Translations under genes and position numbers: made by a program | Assembly: GCA_013239625.1 (NCBI GenBank) | Contig: MU054187.1 | Location: 16,322,941 to 16,386,940, forward strand | DNA length: 64,000 bases | From: Lama guanicoe | Lineage: Eukaryota | Reading direction: 5' to 3' | Notes under the pieces: generated by a model | Seen by the model: the letters and a program-made list of their open reading frames with translations, nothing else | Told to the model about the DNA's origin: nothing | Databases searched by the model: none | Part shown: positions 13,238 through 25,760 of the stretch, one piece after another | How positions within the stretch are numbered: position 1 is the stretch's first letter | Layout: every line of letters starts with the position of its first letter

Positions 13238-13684
13238 CTGTAGTTTTGTGAAACAGAAACACTTGGATTCATGCTACAAATAAAACGTAGGCTGCAGATT
13301 TGTTTCAGAGATTATGATAACAAAACACTTGTGCAGAATTTATTTAAAATTAATTTTGAATTTCTCTCTAGGTAGTGTCTATTCTTGATACAGGGTTTGA
13401 AAAAAAACAAATGTTTCCTTTTCATGGGAATGCCTCAGCCTTACATTACGATAGAAAACATCTAGGAAAGCTTACCTGATGAGATTCTTTGTCAGCAGCT
13501 GATCATTTGGTTGCAGTGATAGTTTGCTTGTTTTTAAAAGTACTTATCAAGTGACAGATGCCTGAGAGCAACTCAAACTTGTGCTACTCACTTAGTAATA
13601 AAATAAAACTCCACCAGCTACCATAGTGTCATTGGGAAGCTGTGTCAGTTATTAGAGTTAAGGTGATGCAGATTCAAAAATAAT

Positions 13685-13930
13685 TACTGTTTACTGAGCA
13701 GCTAGTATGCGCCAGCCGTTTGGCTAAGCTCACTGCATACAGCAGTACCTCTATTTAATCCCCACAGCAATCTTGCAAGTTAGGTATTATCCCCGCACTT
13801 TACGGATTAGGAAATTGAGCCTCCGAGGGCCTTGGTAACTTGGCTAAGTTGGCATGACACCAAGTTTCAGAGGCAGGATGCCAACATAGGTCTGTCTGAT
13901 AGTAGAGCCTGTATGCGTGAATACTGTGCT
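13685..13930 (-). mobile_element. Near-full-length MIR
   Basis: tttactgagcagctagtatgcgccag...ggtattatccccgcactttacggattaggaaattgagcctccgag...taacttggctaag. Confidence 0.8.
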
Positions 13931-14864
13931 TTGCAGCTTCCGTAAAATAAAGGTCAAGGACTTACTCTCCACTTCGTCTTTGAAGACAAGACGCACGTGT
14001 TATACATTTTATATCTCTAGGGTCAACCATGGACACTGGTCCGTAAGAGGTGCTTGCGAGTGAATGATAAAGTGAATTCATCAACTGCACAAACAGCTTA
14101 CAATGGAATTTTGTTCTCCCTCTTGGTTCAGAAGTATATGGGCGTGTATCAGAGTGAGTGAAAGTGAACCTCACTGTTCTTACTCCTGTATCCCCACCAC
14201 AGGTCAGGAAGTGTGTGCTTACAGGCTTTACACATCAGGGTTTCTCACTGCGATCACTGAGACCTGAGCATCACTAATGCAGACGGGTTTCAGCCCATTC
14301 ACGCCCGAGATGTGATCACACTTGACCATATACTTTAGCAGTTGTTTTATCTTTGAGGACTTTTGGATGCCAGTCTAGTAAATTGGAATAGGAATGCTAT
14401 CTGAACTTTAAAAAATGGACATAAGTCACTTAATTTGTAAGGTTAAACCCAAATCTGTATGAGTCTCATCAATGTTTAAAATGACTATTAAAGTTAAAAG
14501 TCTAAAGGAACAAATTTTCAGAGGCAGTTTTAGACTCAGTTAAGAAATCCTTCATTTTTGCCAGAAAGAACTTAAAACTTTTACCACAAGCTTGAGTCAA
14601 CACTGATTTTTATTTACATAGCCAACACATGTACACTGAGGTAGTGATGAATAAAAATTAACCAAAGTCCATAGTTCAAATCTAAAGAGAAGAAGGTTAT
14701 GGCAAGGCAAGTTTTTGAATGCAATATTAATTGAGTTCACTGCCCACCCAATACCGTTGTGGTGTTGTGGGACATAATGTTCCCCCGGAACATGATGGGG
14801 TACATTGTTTTTAATAATAATAATGTTCATCAAAGGATTACTTTTGGCTAGGAAATTACCAAAT

Positions 14865-15000
14865 TATCTCTAATCCTCAACAACTCAGAAAATGAATATT
14901 GTCTTATTTTACAGAAGAAGAAATTTCAACTCAGTGAAATATTAATTTTAGAGTCACACAGTCAAAATCTGGATTTGCACTCAGGTCTTTCTACAAAACC
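14865..15000 (-). mobile_element. MIR remnant
   Basis: ctaatcctcaacaac...attttacagaagaagaaatttcaactcag...ggatttgcactcaggtct. Confidence 0.6.
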
Positions 15001-15609
15001 TATAATGTATTTTTTCTTTCTATAAGAAAAGTCTTAACCTGAGATAGAAACCCCCTTGGGCCAAGAGAGTAGATTCATAGATGTAATTCATATTACAACC
15101 ATTGCTTTCCCTCTATTATATCCCTGTTTGCAGAACAGAGAAGGATCTCTCTGTACCCTGCAAACACCGAAAGGAACTTCAGAACCATCCGATACACCCA
15201 GGCTGTGGTTTTAGCTGGGGTTCAGGAAGCAGCGCTAATAGAGGCAAAAGCTGCACTGTGAAAAGCGAGGATGGCATTGGTTTTTAAGGTGAGAGCAGAA
15301 GAAAGAGTCCAGAGAGAACAGGGAGAGAGCGGGACATGGAGGCAAAGATTCAAAGCCCTTAGTGCAGCAGGAGCAGTGAGGGAATCAGAAAAGACAGATC
15401 TTGGGATAGAAGCAGAAACATACCGTAGGCGCACTGTTGGGAAGGGTTCAAATCAAAGCCCATAATGAAAAACTAGTGCCGGAGAATTACAAGCAGTGTT
15501 GGGAATTTCCAGAAAGATTAGCAAAAACGCTAAAGGAAATATGGGGGCCACTTACAGAACACTCATAGTTTCACGAGCGGCAAGAAGGTGTTAATGGATT
15601 TGGCATTTT

Positions 15610-15720
15610 ATTTTTTGGCAGGGGAGGTAATTAGGTTTATTTATTTATTTTTAATGGAGGTACCGGGGATTGAACCCAGGACCTCATGCATAACTCTACC
15701 TCTGAGCTCTACCCTCCCTC
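15610..15720 (-). mobile_element. Vic-1-like SINE with perfect 15-bp TSD
   Basis: SINE body (ggaggtaccggggattgaacccaggacctc...gagctctaccctccc). TSD tggatttggcatttt at 15595-15609 and 15721-15735. Confidence 0.92.
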
Positions 15721-15989
15721 TGGATTTGGCATTTTCTGATTAGTACATGAGGGAGAAAAAAAGGGTGGGGTCTCAAAGTGAAACAGACACGTCTACAGCT
15801 TGTGTATGTTTGACAATCATGTACGTGCATCTTCGCTTATTAGTAACTTCGTTGACCTAAGTAAGTACGGGGAGTTGATAGAAGTCTTAGGGCAATAGGT
15901 GTCAATAAACTCTCATGAAAATAATCATTTATAATTGACAAAGCACTCTTTTAAGCATTACCTCATTGGGTTCTCAGAGCAAACTCTCA

Positions 15990-16570
15990 ACGTCAGCCCT
16001 CATCTTACTCTCCTCCCACCCCAATAAATACCACTGTCTTCCAAGTCCTGTGTTCCCCTCAAGGGTAGGTATCCTGGACCAGTTTTCATATCACTCCTTG
16101 TTCAAGGAAGAAACTTCTTTTACTGCTTCAGCTTCTTTACCCACTGAACTTACCAGTAAATTGACCCCAGAATGCCCCAGAGCAGCTTTCCGGGTTTCTA
16201 CGGAATTCCCCAAGGCATTCATCCTAAAGGGCGTCACTGGGATAAGAGGGTCTTGTGCTCGAGTCCACCCCAGGTGCACTGGTTTCATATAACCCCATAG
16301 GCTTCTGCATCCATATTTAGGATAGAAGGATTTATTGCAACTGTATGTCTAGACCCTGACTGGCATGGCTTTTGTCTTGTGAGCCTCCATTTCAGCTGTG
16401 GGAACCCTGCCTCTACCCTAGACCAGGATTTGGAATCTTCCTTCTTTGTCTGTGGCCTTCTCTGCTGCTGACTGCTTACCTGTCCCACCACCTCGTGGTG
16501 TTTCTGTCGGAACCTCCTTCTGCAGCACCCTGCTTTACTCACAGTTTGATAGACCAAGTCCGGTAACTGT
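15990..16570 (-). mobile_element. Possible ancient LTR remnant (family uncertain)
   Basis: C/T-rich, GC-elevated block with an internal minus-strand donor (gcttacctg). The call rests on general resemblance to old mammalian LTRs only. Confidence 0.25.
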
Positions 16571-18527
16571 GTTAACTCTGGGACATCACCCTTTTGCCCA
16601 CCAGCCTCGACTCCCCGGTAGACGGCAGTATGTGGAGCAGTGTCTTCACTACTCAGGCTGCCCTGGAGCTAACAATTGAAAAGGAAGATGGGAGGTGAGT
16701 TAAGATGGTGGTGCTGAAACGGAGGAGAGCTGAGGTAAAAGGAGGAGGTACTTAACATGAGTATTTGGAAATACACTTGCTAGACATAACTTACTGCGGC
16801 TATTGACACAATTAAATTAGCCTGTTGAAGCCTCATTTTACAGATTGTAATGGGAAACTTGGTCATTGCCAACGTCTAAATGAACAGAAGCTATGACTAA
16901 GTCAAGATTTTTATTTACATCTAATTTTTGGACAAGCAGCGTGTTCCTGAAATATTCAAAAGTAATAAAATGTTATATTTTTTTAAATAGAAAAAAGAAT
17001 GCTGGCACAGTTTTCCCCTTCAGCCTAATGGGTATTCCTATATCCCCCAGAGGGCCGCCGTCTCCAGGTCAAATGGAGGAAACGGGAAAGAGGTGCTCTC
17101 TCCTGACAACATCTGCTGTCAAAACACAGAAATTTATAACCCCACTAGTTAAAAATGTATAGAATAGTTAATAAAGATTATAAACTAGTGCTTCAACTGA
17201 GGCCATAACCAAAAGTGAGTTATTGTCGACTTAATTAGTTAGGTTGAGTCATTTTTTAATACTTGTGCCAAATTATTGCACCAGCTATTCAATATTAATA
17301 TGACTAAGAACTCGTGTGGTCTATAAATTCATCTCTAAAACTGCTCGCTGATCTAGTAGCTTTTTCCAGTCTGTGCTGAGGAGTTTGTAGTTGGTGGTTT
17401 TGGTTTGCTAGACTCAGAGGGCTAAAGCTATGTCAGGGCTTATGGTTTGATTGGTTTTTTTGATTTGTTTTCCCACTTTTCACTTAGAAAGAAAAGCATG
17501 AATTTTTCCTATCAATCCTCAAGAATACCAGTGTAAGTATCCAAAAATTATATTTTTGGAGGCAATCTTTTTTCATTGTACTTACAATTGAATTTATTTC
17601 CACTTACTTTCCTTACCTGAGGTGAAATAAAATTGTTATTCCCATGTGGAATATGTCAAGTTTTTAATAATTCCCATGAAAATGAACTTTCTAAGATTAT
17701 CTTTTTATCAACAATTAAATTATGTTATGTTTTTAATTGGACTGTAAGTCACAGCCTCTAGCTTCCCAGAATTGTAATGGTGTTGAATTAATTTAAAGAG
17801 ACTCAGAGGAACCAGATATGGAAGGCTGTCACCGTCATAATTTAGTTTGATGATTAGATCGTGGAAAACATTGTAGAATTCTGAAGAGTTTTTTTTTAAC
17901 CCTTCTATTTTGAAGCAGCTTTCATTTGGTTTGTCTGTCTCAGCAGATATGCGTCTTTGGAGAGATTGCTAATCCTGTAGAAAATTCAATAAAATAAATG
18001 TCACAATAAGAATAACAGAGACAACCACATTAAACACACACACAATTTATGATCTACAAATTAAAGTAACCAAACACACACAGACACACACACACATGCA
18101 CACACATACACATTCAAGAAGCCACAGTATAAGTATCCACTGTAACACAACAATATTCTAGAACTTTCTATATGCTTCACTTTATAAGTAATATGGATAT
18201 TTTAGAGGGGGTAAAATACTTTGTTTGAATTTTGTAACTGTTTTAAATACTTAAAAAATTTGCATTTATAGTAAATATGTGTATATAGTAAAATTGCATT
18301 ATAGTAAATAATTCTGGTGTTTTGATATTGAGAGTTTAAATATTCTTTTTTCAAGAATTCTTTCAGAGAGCAAGGAAACTAATATTTGTGAGCATGTGAC
18401 TGCTGAGAAGGCAAAACCTGTATTCACACAGAAGAAATTCTTTTCAGATTTTAAACAAAAGGAAGTACATTGAGCCTATCAAAGTACTAAGCCGTGGCAC
18501 ACGCAGATAGAAATGATTTTGTTTAAA

Positions 18528-18725
18528 AAGTTTGAGATTACAAATGTTAACCACTATCTATAAAAATAGATTTTTAAAAATTTCTTCTGTACAGCACAGG
18601 GAACTATGTTCAATATCTTGCAACAACATTTAATGAAAAAGAATATGAAAATGAATATATGTATGTGTGTGCTGTACACCAGAAACTGACACACTGTAAC
18701 TGACGGTACTTCAATTTTTAAAAAT
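18528..18725 (+). mobile_element. L1 3' end, 5'-truncated
   Basis: ctgtacagcacagggaactatgttcaatatcttg...gctgtacaccagaaactgacac. Confidence 0.88.
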
Positions 18726-18731
18726 GTTTGT

Positions 18732-18825
18732 GGAAAACTAGACAAAGGGTGTATGGATCCCTTTCTATCATCTCTCAACATTGCATGTGAATGTATAGTC
18801 ATCTTAAACCAAAAAGTTAAAAAAA
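18732..18825 (+). mobile_element. Older L1M 3' terminus
   Basis: ggaaaactagacaaagggtgtatggatccc...tgcatgtgaatgtatagtcatc, followed by an A-rich tail. Confidence 0.6.
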
Positions 18826-19089
18826 TGTTGTTATCCAATGCTAATATCTTTTTTGCCATCCGTCACTCAGTGCATCAACATACACTGAAATATTTAAATT
18901 GTATGTACTTGACAATGAAAGAGGTCCTGCTCTAATTTTGTGTTTATGTTGGTATTTTTAGGGTAATTGACTCAAAGCGACTCAGTATTAATTTTTAATT
19001 ATAGTGGGCGGCAGGATCGGGGAGGATTTCTGTATGGAGACAGAAGGCTATTTTACTATATTTGGTAAATTAATTCATGATGTTAGATT

Positions 19090-19590
19090 TCTTTGTAAAC
19101 TGTAGGAAAAAGAAGGGGGAAAAGCCCTTCTTTAAATACCTCAGTCATAAGAGCTGGGTAAAGGAGAATGCAGCTCTTTTATTTGATGGGATGAGAAAGC
19201 TAATAATGTATGACAGTAAAAAGGCAGCGGCTTTTAACGCTTTTTTTAACCTTACAAAAGAGGTCAACTCTGATCTGGAAATGAGAACAGCCAACACATG
19301 GGAAAGAAGGGCAAAAAGCCAAGTGGAGAGGGAGAAGGAGCTGGTGACTGGTGGCAGTCGGATGGCGGGTTCCAGTCCCCGGCTCCGGCCCCCCAAGATT
19401 CTTAAGGCATGAGCTCCTCATCTCTGGATTAATTTCGTTTTTTTCACAGGGTGAGGGGAGGGCCAAGTGAAGGACTGGCAAAGTGACCAAGACCAGATAA
19501 GAGAGAATGCTTTAGCTTGATTTAAACAGAGAGGAAAAGAAAAATTCTGCAACAGCGTGTTAGTTTCATTTTTGATGAAGAAAGTGTTCG
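19090..19590 (+). mobile_element. Ancient CR1/L3-clade LINE ORF2 fragment (region just N-terminal to RT)
   Basis: KPFFKYLSHKSWVKENAALLFDG...DSKKAAAFNAFF resembles CR1 K.FFKY..SKRK.KE.VGPLL.G...D.EKAE..N.FF. PPKILK resembles HPRVLKEL. Downstream DNA echoes PEDW and FKKG.K...N..PVSL across frameshifts. Confidence 0.75.
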
Positions 19591-19649
19591 TTTAATTTTT
19601 CTGCTTCCCAACTCAATGCTTACTGTACTTAATCTAGAAAAGCAATGGA

Positions 19650-19820
19650 CAGTGTTTACTAAATGCCCACTCTGTGCCCAGCACTGACGTGGGGTAGAGT
19701 GCTGATTTCATACATGTGAATTCTGAGAAGAAAAGAAATTTGCTTGAGATAAACCAGTCAATGAGAGTAGAACTGGATTTGAATCCCAGCCTACTGACTC
19801 CCAAATCCTTGACCTTTCCA
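19650..19820 (-). mobile_element. MIR remnant
   Basis: tttactaaatgcccactctgtgcccagcactg...ggatttgaatcccagcctactgactccc. Confidence 0.6.
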
Positions 19821-20054
19821 CCGAGGAAATCAGCCCTGAGGATGTTTGCTTTTGTTAGAGTCTTTAATTAAAACAATGTCAAATTGACTTAAAATGAAAA
19901 AGCAGGTTTACTTTTTTTTTTAATTCCAAAGCTAATAGCTTGCTTTAAAATCATCCAGTCATATAAAAGCCCCCAAGAAGACAGCTTAATGAATCACCAT
20001 GTTAACGTTGAAAAAAAGGTGACAGAGGCTGTGTTCTGCTGTAGCTCAAAATAA

Positions 20055-20255
20055 GGGTAGAATTCCTGCCCCTGCCACTTACCAGCTGGTGACCATGGGC
20101 AAATTCCACAATCTCTCTGAGTTTCAGTTTCATCATATAATAAATGGGGATGATACTTGTTCGTACTTCAAGACTAAGATTAAATGAAAGAATTATTATA
20201 TATAAAGTAGTCAGTACAGTATCTGACAGGTAACGTATTCAATAAATGTTAGCTC
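20055..20255 (+). mobile_element. MIR
   Basis: ctgccacttaccagctggtgaccatgggcaaatt...ctctgagtttcagtttcatcatataataaatgggg...ttcaataaatgttagct. Confidence 0.85.
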
Positions 20256-21216
20256 TTTCCTATATGGTTATAAGTAAGTTAATTTTATGATGTTATATAA
20301 ATAGACACAATCTTTGCCAACTACTGGTTGATAAAAATACCCTCATGTGAAGCTCTGTAAATGTTGCTATGACATGTACTTTTTAAAAAAATAAATACAA
20401 TATCTAACTACAAGTATCTGATACTGTACTATTGAGATATTTAGATTTCAAGTCGCTAGAAATAATTCAATCGCTTTTAATGGGCATGACTTTTCCAACT
20501 ACCACACTATTATTCACTCCCAGAAACTTATTTTTTATTGCAGATAAGACCTGGCTTACACACTGTGAGCCCCTTACCCTTCTATGGCCCCTTTCTCTCC
20601 TCATCCATTTCATGTTTGCCTCTCTCTCTTCCTGGATTCTCTATCTTGGAAAATGCCAACAACCACCAGAAAACTAGAAAATAGTCTAGCCATCTCCTTT
20701 TTCTCTCCACTGATATTTAATATTTCCATTTCTATAGCTGAGGTCTTAGCTTACGGCTTCAGGCCTCCTTCGTCTCTTTTCACGCAGGCAATACTCTCGG
20801 TGACAAACACACTCAGTCCATTCTCCCCAGGCTATCAGAGGGGCTCATTCCAAAAGGCAAATCTGATCATTCCACACCTCTGCATGGGTCCTCCCAATGT
20901 TCTATCATTTTGAAGATGAAGTCCAATCAAATACCTTTGTGTCATACAAAAGATTCCTCACGATTGTATTTTTGGTTGTACACCTGGACCTCATCTTCTG
21001 CCCCAGAATAATTTATATCTGCTGCCTCCTGCTATGCTTCTTCAACCAGATTCACCCACCTCAATTGTCCAACTATAGTTAATCCTTTAAAACTCAAATT
21101 CATCTATCACTTCTTCTAGGAAGTCCTTCTCAGATTCCCTCATCTGAGTTAGGTGTACACGCCAACACCTCCGTGTATTCCCCTAGTTACGTCTATTCTT
21201 TTTTTTTTTTTTTTTG

Positions 21217-21476
21217 NNNNNNNNNNNNNNNNNNNNNNNNNNNNNNNNNNNNNNNNNNNNNNNNNNNNNNNNNNNNNNNNNNNNNNNNNNNNNNNNNNNN
21301 NNNNNNNNNNNNNNNNNNNNNNNNNNNNNNNNNNNNNNNNNNNNNNNNNNNNNNNNNNNNNNNNNNNNNNNNNNNNNNNNNNNNNNNNNNNNNNNNNNNN
21401 NNNNNNNNNNNNNNNNNNNNNNNNNNNNNNNNNNNNNNNNNNNNNNNNNNNNNNNNNNNNNNNNNNNNNNNNNNNN
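21217..21476. other. Assembly gap (260 N)
   Basis: Run of N flanked by poly-T on both sides. Confidence 1.
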
Positions 21477-21628
21477 TTTTTTTTTTTTTTTTTGGTAGGG
21501 GGAGGTAATTAGGTTTCGTTCTTTAATTTTTTTGTTTTTTCTTTTTCAGTGGAGGTACTAGAGATTGAGCCCAGGACCTCGTACATGCTAAGCAAATGCT
21601 CTGCCACTTGGGCTATACCCTCTCCACC
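21477..21628 (-). mobile_element. Vic-1-like SINE
   Basis: ggggaggtaattaggttt...ggaggtactagagattgagcccaggacctcgtacatgctaagc...gggctataccctc. Confidence 0.9.
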
Positions 21629-22454
21629 CCAGTTACATCTGATCTCATGTCTGCCTATAATTCTATATGTGACAACAACTTACTTACAGCGGAGTATGCC
21701 ATTTTCGTGCTTAAAACTAGTCAGTGGTTTCTTATTCCAAATAATAAAGGCCGGAGTCCTTCTGTTGGTCCTTAAAGCCACATGAACTGGCTCCTGCCTC
21801 GCTCTCTGACCCCCTCTCATACCCCTGGACCACTGTGCTTCAACCCACTGTCCATGGACACGTGTGGTCAATGCTTCCAGCTCAACCCTATTTGCCCTCC
21901 TTGCCTTCACTGTCCTCATTGCCTTGAAAACTTCCACTTGAGCATTTGTGTGGCTGACACCTTCTCATCATTCACACCTTCATGTGACTGTCACCTTTTC
22001 AGGAAGTCTCTCTGACCAGCTGTCTAATGCTGCTTGCCTTTCCCATTCACTCTCTTTCTCATGACACTTACCCCTACCTAAACATATTACTTCTTTATGT
22101 TTTCTGTTTTCTTGTATGTTTCATCATTGGTCCCCCCAGAGAATACAGGCTTTATGTCTTTCTTGTCCACTACTGTCTATCAGTGTCCAGAAGAGTGTTA
22201 AATATAGAGAAGTTCATCTAAGTCACTATTTTATCCCCAAGGAGAAGTTAAATAATTGCTTATTGAAATCAATTGTGGTTCCTAACTATGTCGGATCTAT
22301 TTATTTATTGATGGAACACATCCACTATAGCTAGGGAAGATTTGAAAATGATGAAAATATGAACTAATATGAGCAATGAGATTAAGCAATTGGCCAGATT
22401 AAGATTATCAAATTTTAAGAGCAAAGGCTGAATGCAGAGGTAGATGCTTACGGC

Positions 22455-22878
22455 AGAATGCTCGTGGTTCCTCCACATCTGTTCCTCCATTCATAGCGCA
22501 TGAACACTTGTAGCTGGAAAGCAGCTGCCTAGCCAGGGACTTTCAGGCCTTCTTGCAGCGAGGCATGGTTATATGACCTATTTCTAGCCATTGGAAAGGG
22601 AACAGAGGCTGCATCTTACCTCTGGACACAGTGTATAACAAGTAGGTTTGTCTGCCACACACTCTTTCTCCAGCCTCCATTAGGAAGCAGACGGTGGTAC
22701 AAATCCAAGTGATGGCAGAAGCACAGAGCAAAGGGCCTGGCTTCGATTCCCCACGCAGAGAGCGCCTTAGTGACCACTGCTCTGTGGGAGGCAGTGCATT
22801 AGCTCCTTGTATCTGAGCCTTTATCCATTTTGCATCCGTTTGTGGGAGGACCTTAACCTACTTATCTTAACTAATACC
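22455..22878 (+). mobile_element. MLT1 (MaLR) solo LTR
   Basis: ggccttcttgcagcgaggcatggttatatgacctatttctagccattgg; gatggcagaagcacagagc; ends cttaactaatac. Confidence 0.7.
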
Positions 22879-23570
22879 ACATTCAATATGCTAATTTTTC
22901 AACAGGTTTCCCAATATTTCTTGAAGAATTTCGGAAAAGAATATGCAGTTTGATCTTCTGTGTGTTCATTTGTATGTAAAGCGTCTCTCCCCGGCCTGAA
23001 GCCTGACCATAGCAAATCTCCACAGCAAATAAAATTAATTCCTAAATTGTTTGCTTGTCCTTTTCCAAATTACAAGTTATGCTTATAATACAAGGCTCTT
23101 TTAATGAAAACCTTTATGATTTCGTAAGTCTTTGTTTTTGTGTTTAATTTCATGAGCCTCAGGTTTTACCTGGCTTATCAAATTCAGCTTCCTGGGACGA
23201 GACCTCTTAATTTATGATTTTTTGAGAATACAGGTGTAGGAAAAAGAAAAAGAAAAATTAAACGAGTCTGCTATCATTTTCTTTGAAATAAACCTAATCT
23301 GCTATTCTTAGATAATGTGTGAGTATAATTTTAATACTTCTTTGATCTACTTATATAAAAATCTCTGCCATAAGCAATTTAAATCCGCAAATATTATCTC
23401 TGTCATATAATGTTGATTCTCTATTAGGAAAATAACTGATGCTCCAATTTCGGGTCCTTTTTTTGTGTTGGGGTTGGGTGAGGAGTAGGGATTTAGAGAA
23501 AGGAGTCCCCAGATGGTCTAAGCACAGTGTCCCATGGTACGTGATGGGCTATGACACAAACCACCTCTAC

Positions 23571-23694
23571 TTTTTTGGGGGGGTAGTAATTACGTTTCTA
23601 TTTATTTACTTATTTTTAATGGAGGTACTGGGACTTGAAACCCAGACCTTGTACATGCTGGGCATGCACTCTGCCACTGAGCTAAACCCTCCCC
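23571..23694 (-). mobile_element. Vic-1-like SINE
   Basis: atggaggtactgggacttgaaacccagacc...ccactgagctaaaccctcccc. Imperfect TSD ccacctctact / ccacatctatt. Confidence 0.9.
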
Positions 23695-25057
23695 GTCGCC
23701 CTCCACATCTATTCCCTTGCCTGTACTAACTCATCTGAACAACCACCCTCTCTCCCTTCCCTGTCATTCCCCCAGGAAACTCTCCCCAAAAACTACACTC
23801 CTAAATTAAATAGACCACATGACATAAGAATTTTGAAAAAGAAAACGATTGGTAATAAAAATGACAATTCATCATTTACCCTATTAAATTCCAGGTGTGT
23901 CTTGCTTTGTTTTGTTCGTTTGTTTGTTTGAACTTCCTCTGTCATGTCAGGGAATCTTGGATCCACCATTGTTTTGTCTCCTATTACTAAAACCTAGGTA
24001 TAATGTCAAACCCTGTACTCAGTGTAAAAATGTTCTTTAATAACAGAATTATATTTAAAGTCCCATGGTGTTTATTATAATTGCTTTAATGGACTAGCCT
24101 TATATCTGAATGTCAGTGCTGCTCTGGGAAATTATAACACTTTCGTATTATAATATATATTGATCATTCACTAATGCTAAGTATTTTAATTGATGCTATT
24201 TCACATTATAATTGCTACCTGAATCTATTCACGGAATTTAGATTGTTTTTACATCTAAAATTGATTTTCATTATTACATTTCCTAACTATCCAGGACTGT
24301 TGTCAGACATCTGCAATTTTTTTATATGCAAATAAGTTACTGAATGTGAATTAAAAGGACAATTATAGCAATAGCAGAAATTACTTTAAAAAAAACTTCA
24401 AAAGAGGCTTGTTTGCCTTAGGGGGTCAGAACTGTAAAATTCTATATTCAGACACATTCACATGGAGATATGGAAAAAATGACCTGCTGCCTGTTGGCAT
24501 GAGCGATACTTTTACAAATGAACATGAGTGGTGATGCTCAGAAAGTTAATATTAATATCGTCCACTTGGAAGAGGGAGATTTTTAGACAGTCTCACAATT
24601 GGCTTCTGGAGAGACACACCTAGTTCTGTTCCCGCATGGTTCATCTCAGAGGCTCTTTTGAACTTCAGCTTTAATTCAATAGTCCCCAGATACATATAAT
24701 TTACCAATCCTCAAATCTTGATCACTGCCGTTATCTCATTTCTCTACTCTGCGTTCAGGGAGAAATGCATTATTGAAAATGTCCAGAACCATTGGGATTG
24801 GGACTTCCCCAATAAATTCATGACACCTAATTTTGACTGATCAATTGATGCTTTTTAGCAGACTCCTAGTCCACTCTTTATACTTTGCCCGTTTTGAACT
24901 TCCAGCATTGTTCTCAGCTCCCCAACTCTTTCCAGTCCCCTGATTATCAAAAAGAGACAAAGGCCACTTGGTGTAATGTAAGCCTCCTGAGCAGTGCCTA
25001 CCAGGCCTCCCCTCCCTTTTTCTCCCAGTCCTCTTTTGTGTCCCCTCCCCACACTGG

Positions 25058-25400
25058 CCATTCATTCATCCAATCAGTCATCTGTTTATTTCCCACTAAC
25101 CTCGGAACCAAGCCCTTAATGGCGCTGATGATAAAGATGAAGACGGGACTCCCAAAACTCAAGATACTGATTTGGGGAAAGGACCAGCAAGGCCAAGCGC
25201 ACGCACAGCAAGTACAACAGTCCTTAACTGTCGGCCAAGCAGACTTTCAGGCTGGAGAAGATGAGGTGTGCGGACTGTCAGAGATGCCTCCAGGTTGCAG
25301 CCGGCCCAGAGGAGCAAGAGCGTTGTCCTTGAGGCCCAGGTCCCGCTGGAAATCACTGGGCAGAGTCACCACAGCCGAGGGCTTCGGAGAGTCTCCAATC
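25058..25400 (-). mobile_element. L2 3' remnant
   Basis: cattcattcatccaatc (reverse L2 tail) followed by purine-rich L2-like sequence. Confidence 0.5.
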
Positions 25401-25702
25401 AGTGAGGAGGACCCCTGAGCACTGGCCTGCCCTCCAGGAGCCCGAGCACGGATGGCTCCCCGGGACAGAGCGCACGGCCCGCAGACCTCCTCTGCATCCC
25501 ACATGTGCTGAACTTTAACACAGAGGAGCACTGTGCATGTCCATGTGGTCCTGGACGTGCTGAATCGCAACACGGAGTAAAATTCCTCTGATGCCATACA
25601 TTGACTGCTGGGCATATCGTCCAGACATCCTGAGTGTCAAATTGGCAACTTATATTCAATTCAGTTCAGATGAAATCCGAAGATGCTGAGATGTTTGTGA
25701 AA

Positions 25703-25718
25703 ATATATATATTTTACG

Positions 25719-25752
<34 letters not shown>

Positions 25753-25760
25753 GAGAGAGA
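25703..25760. repeat. Compound (TA)n(CA)n(GA)n microsatellite
   Basis: Read directly. Confidence 0.9.

Larger units (their letters stand above)
20740..22215 (+). mobile_element. L2 fragments (interrupted by SINE and gap)
   Basis: aaatctgatcattcca; cctttaaaactcaaattcatctatcacttcttctaggaagtccttc; 3'-end-like cagtgtccagaagagtg. Confidence 0.65.

Noticed and set aside
21153..21512. ORFs spanning the N run
   Set aside because: Artefacts of the assembly gap.
24885..25418. Longest ORF (177 aa)
   Set aside because: Non-ATG start, overlaps an antisense L2 remnant, no recognisable domain.
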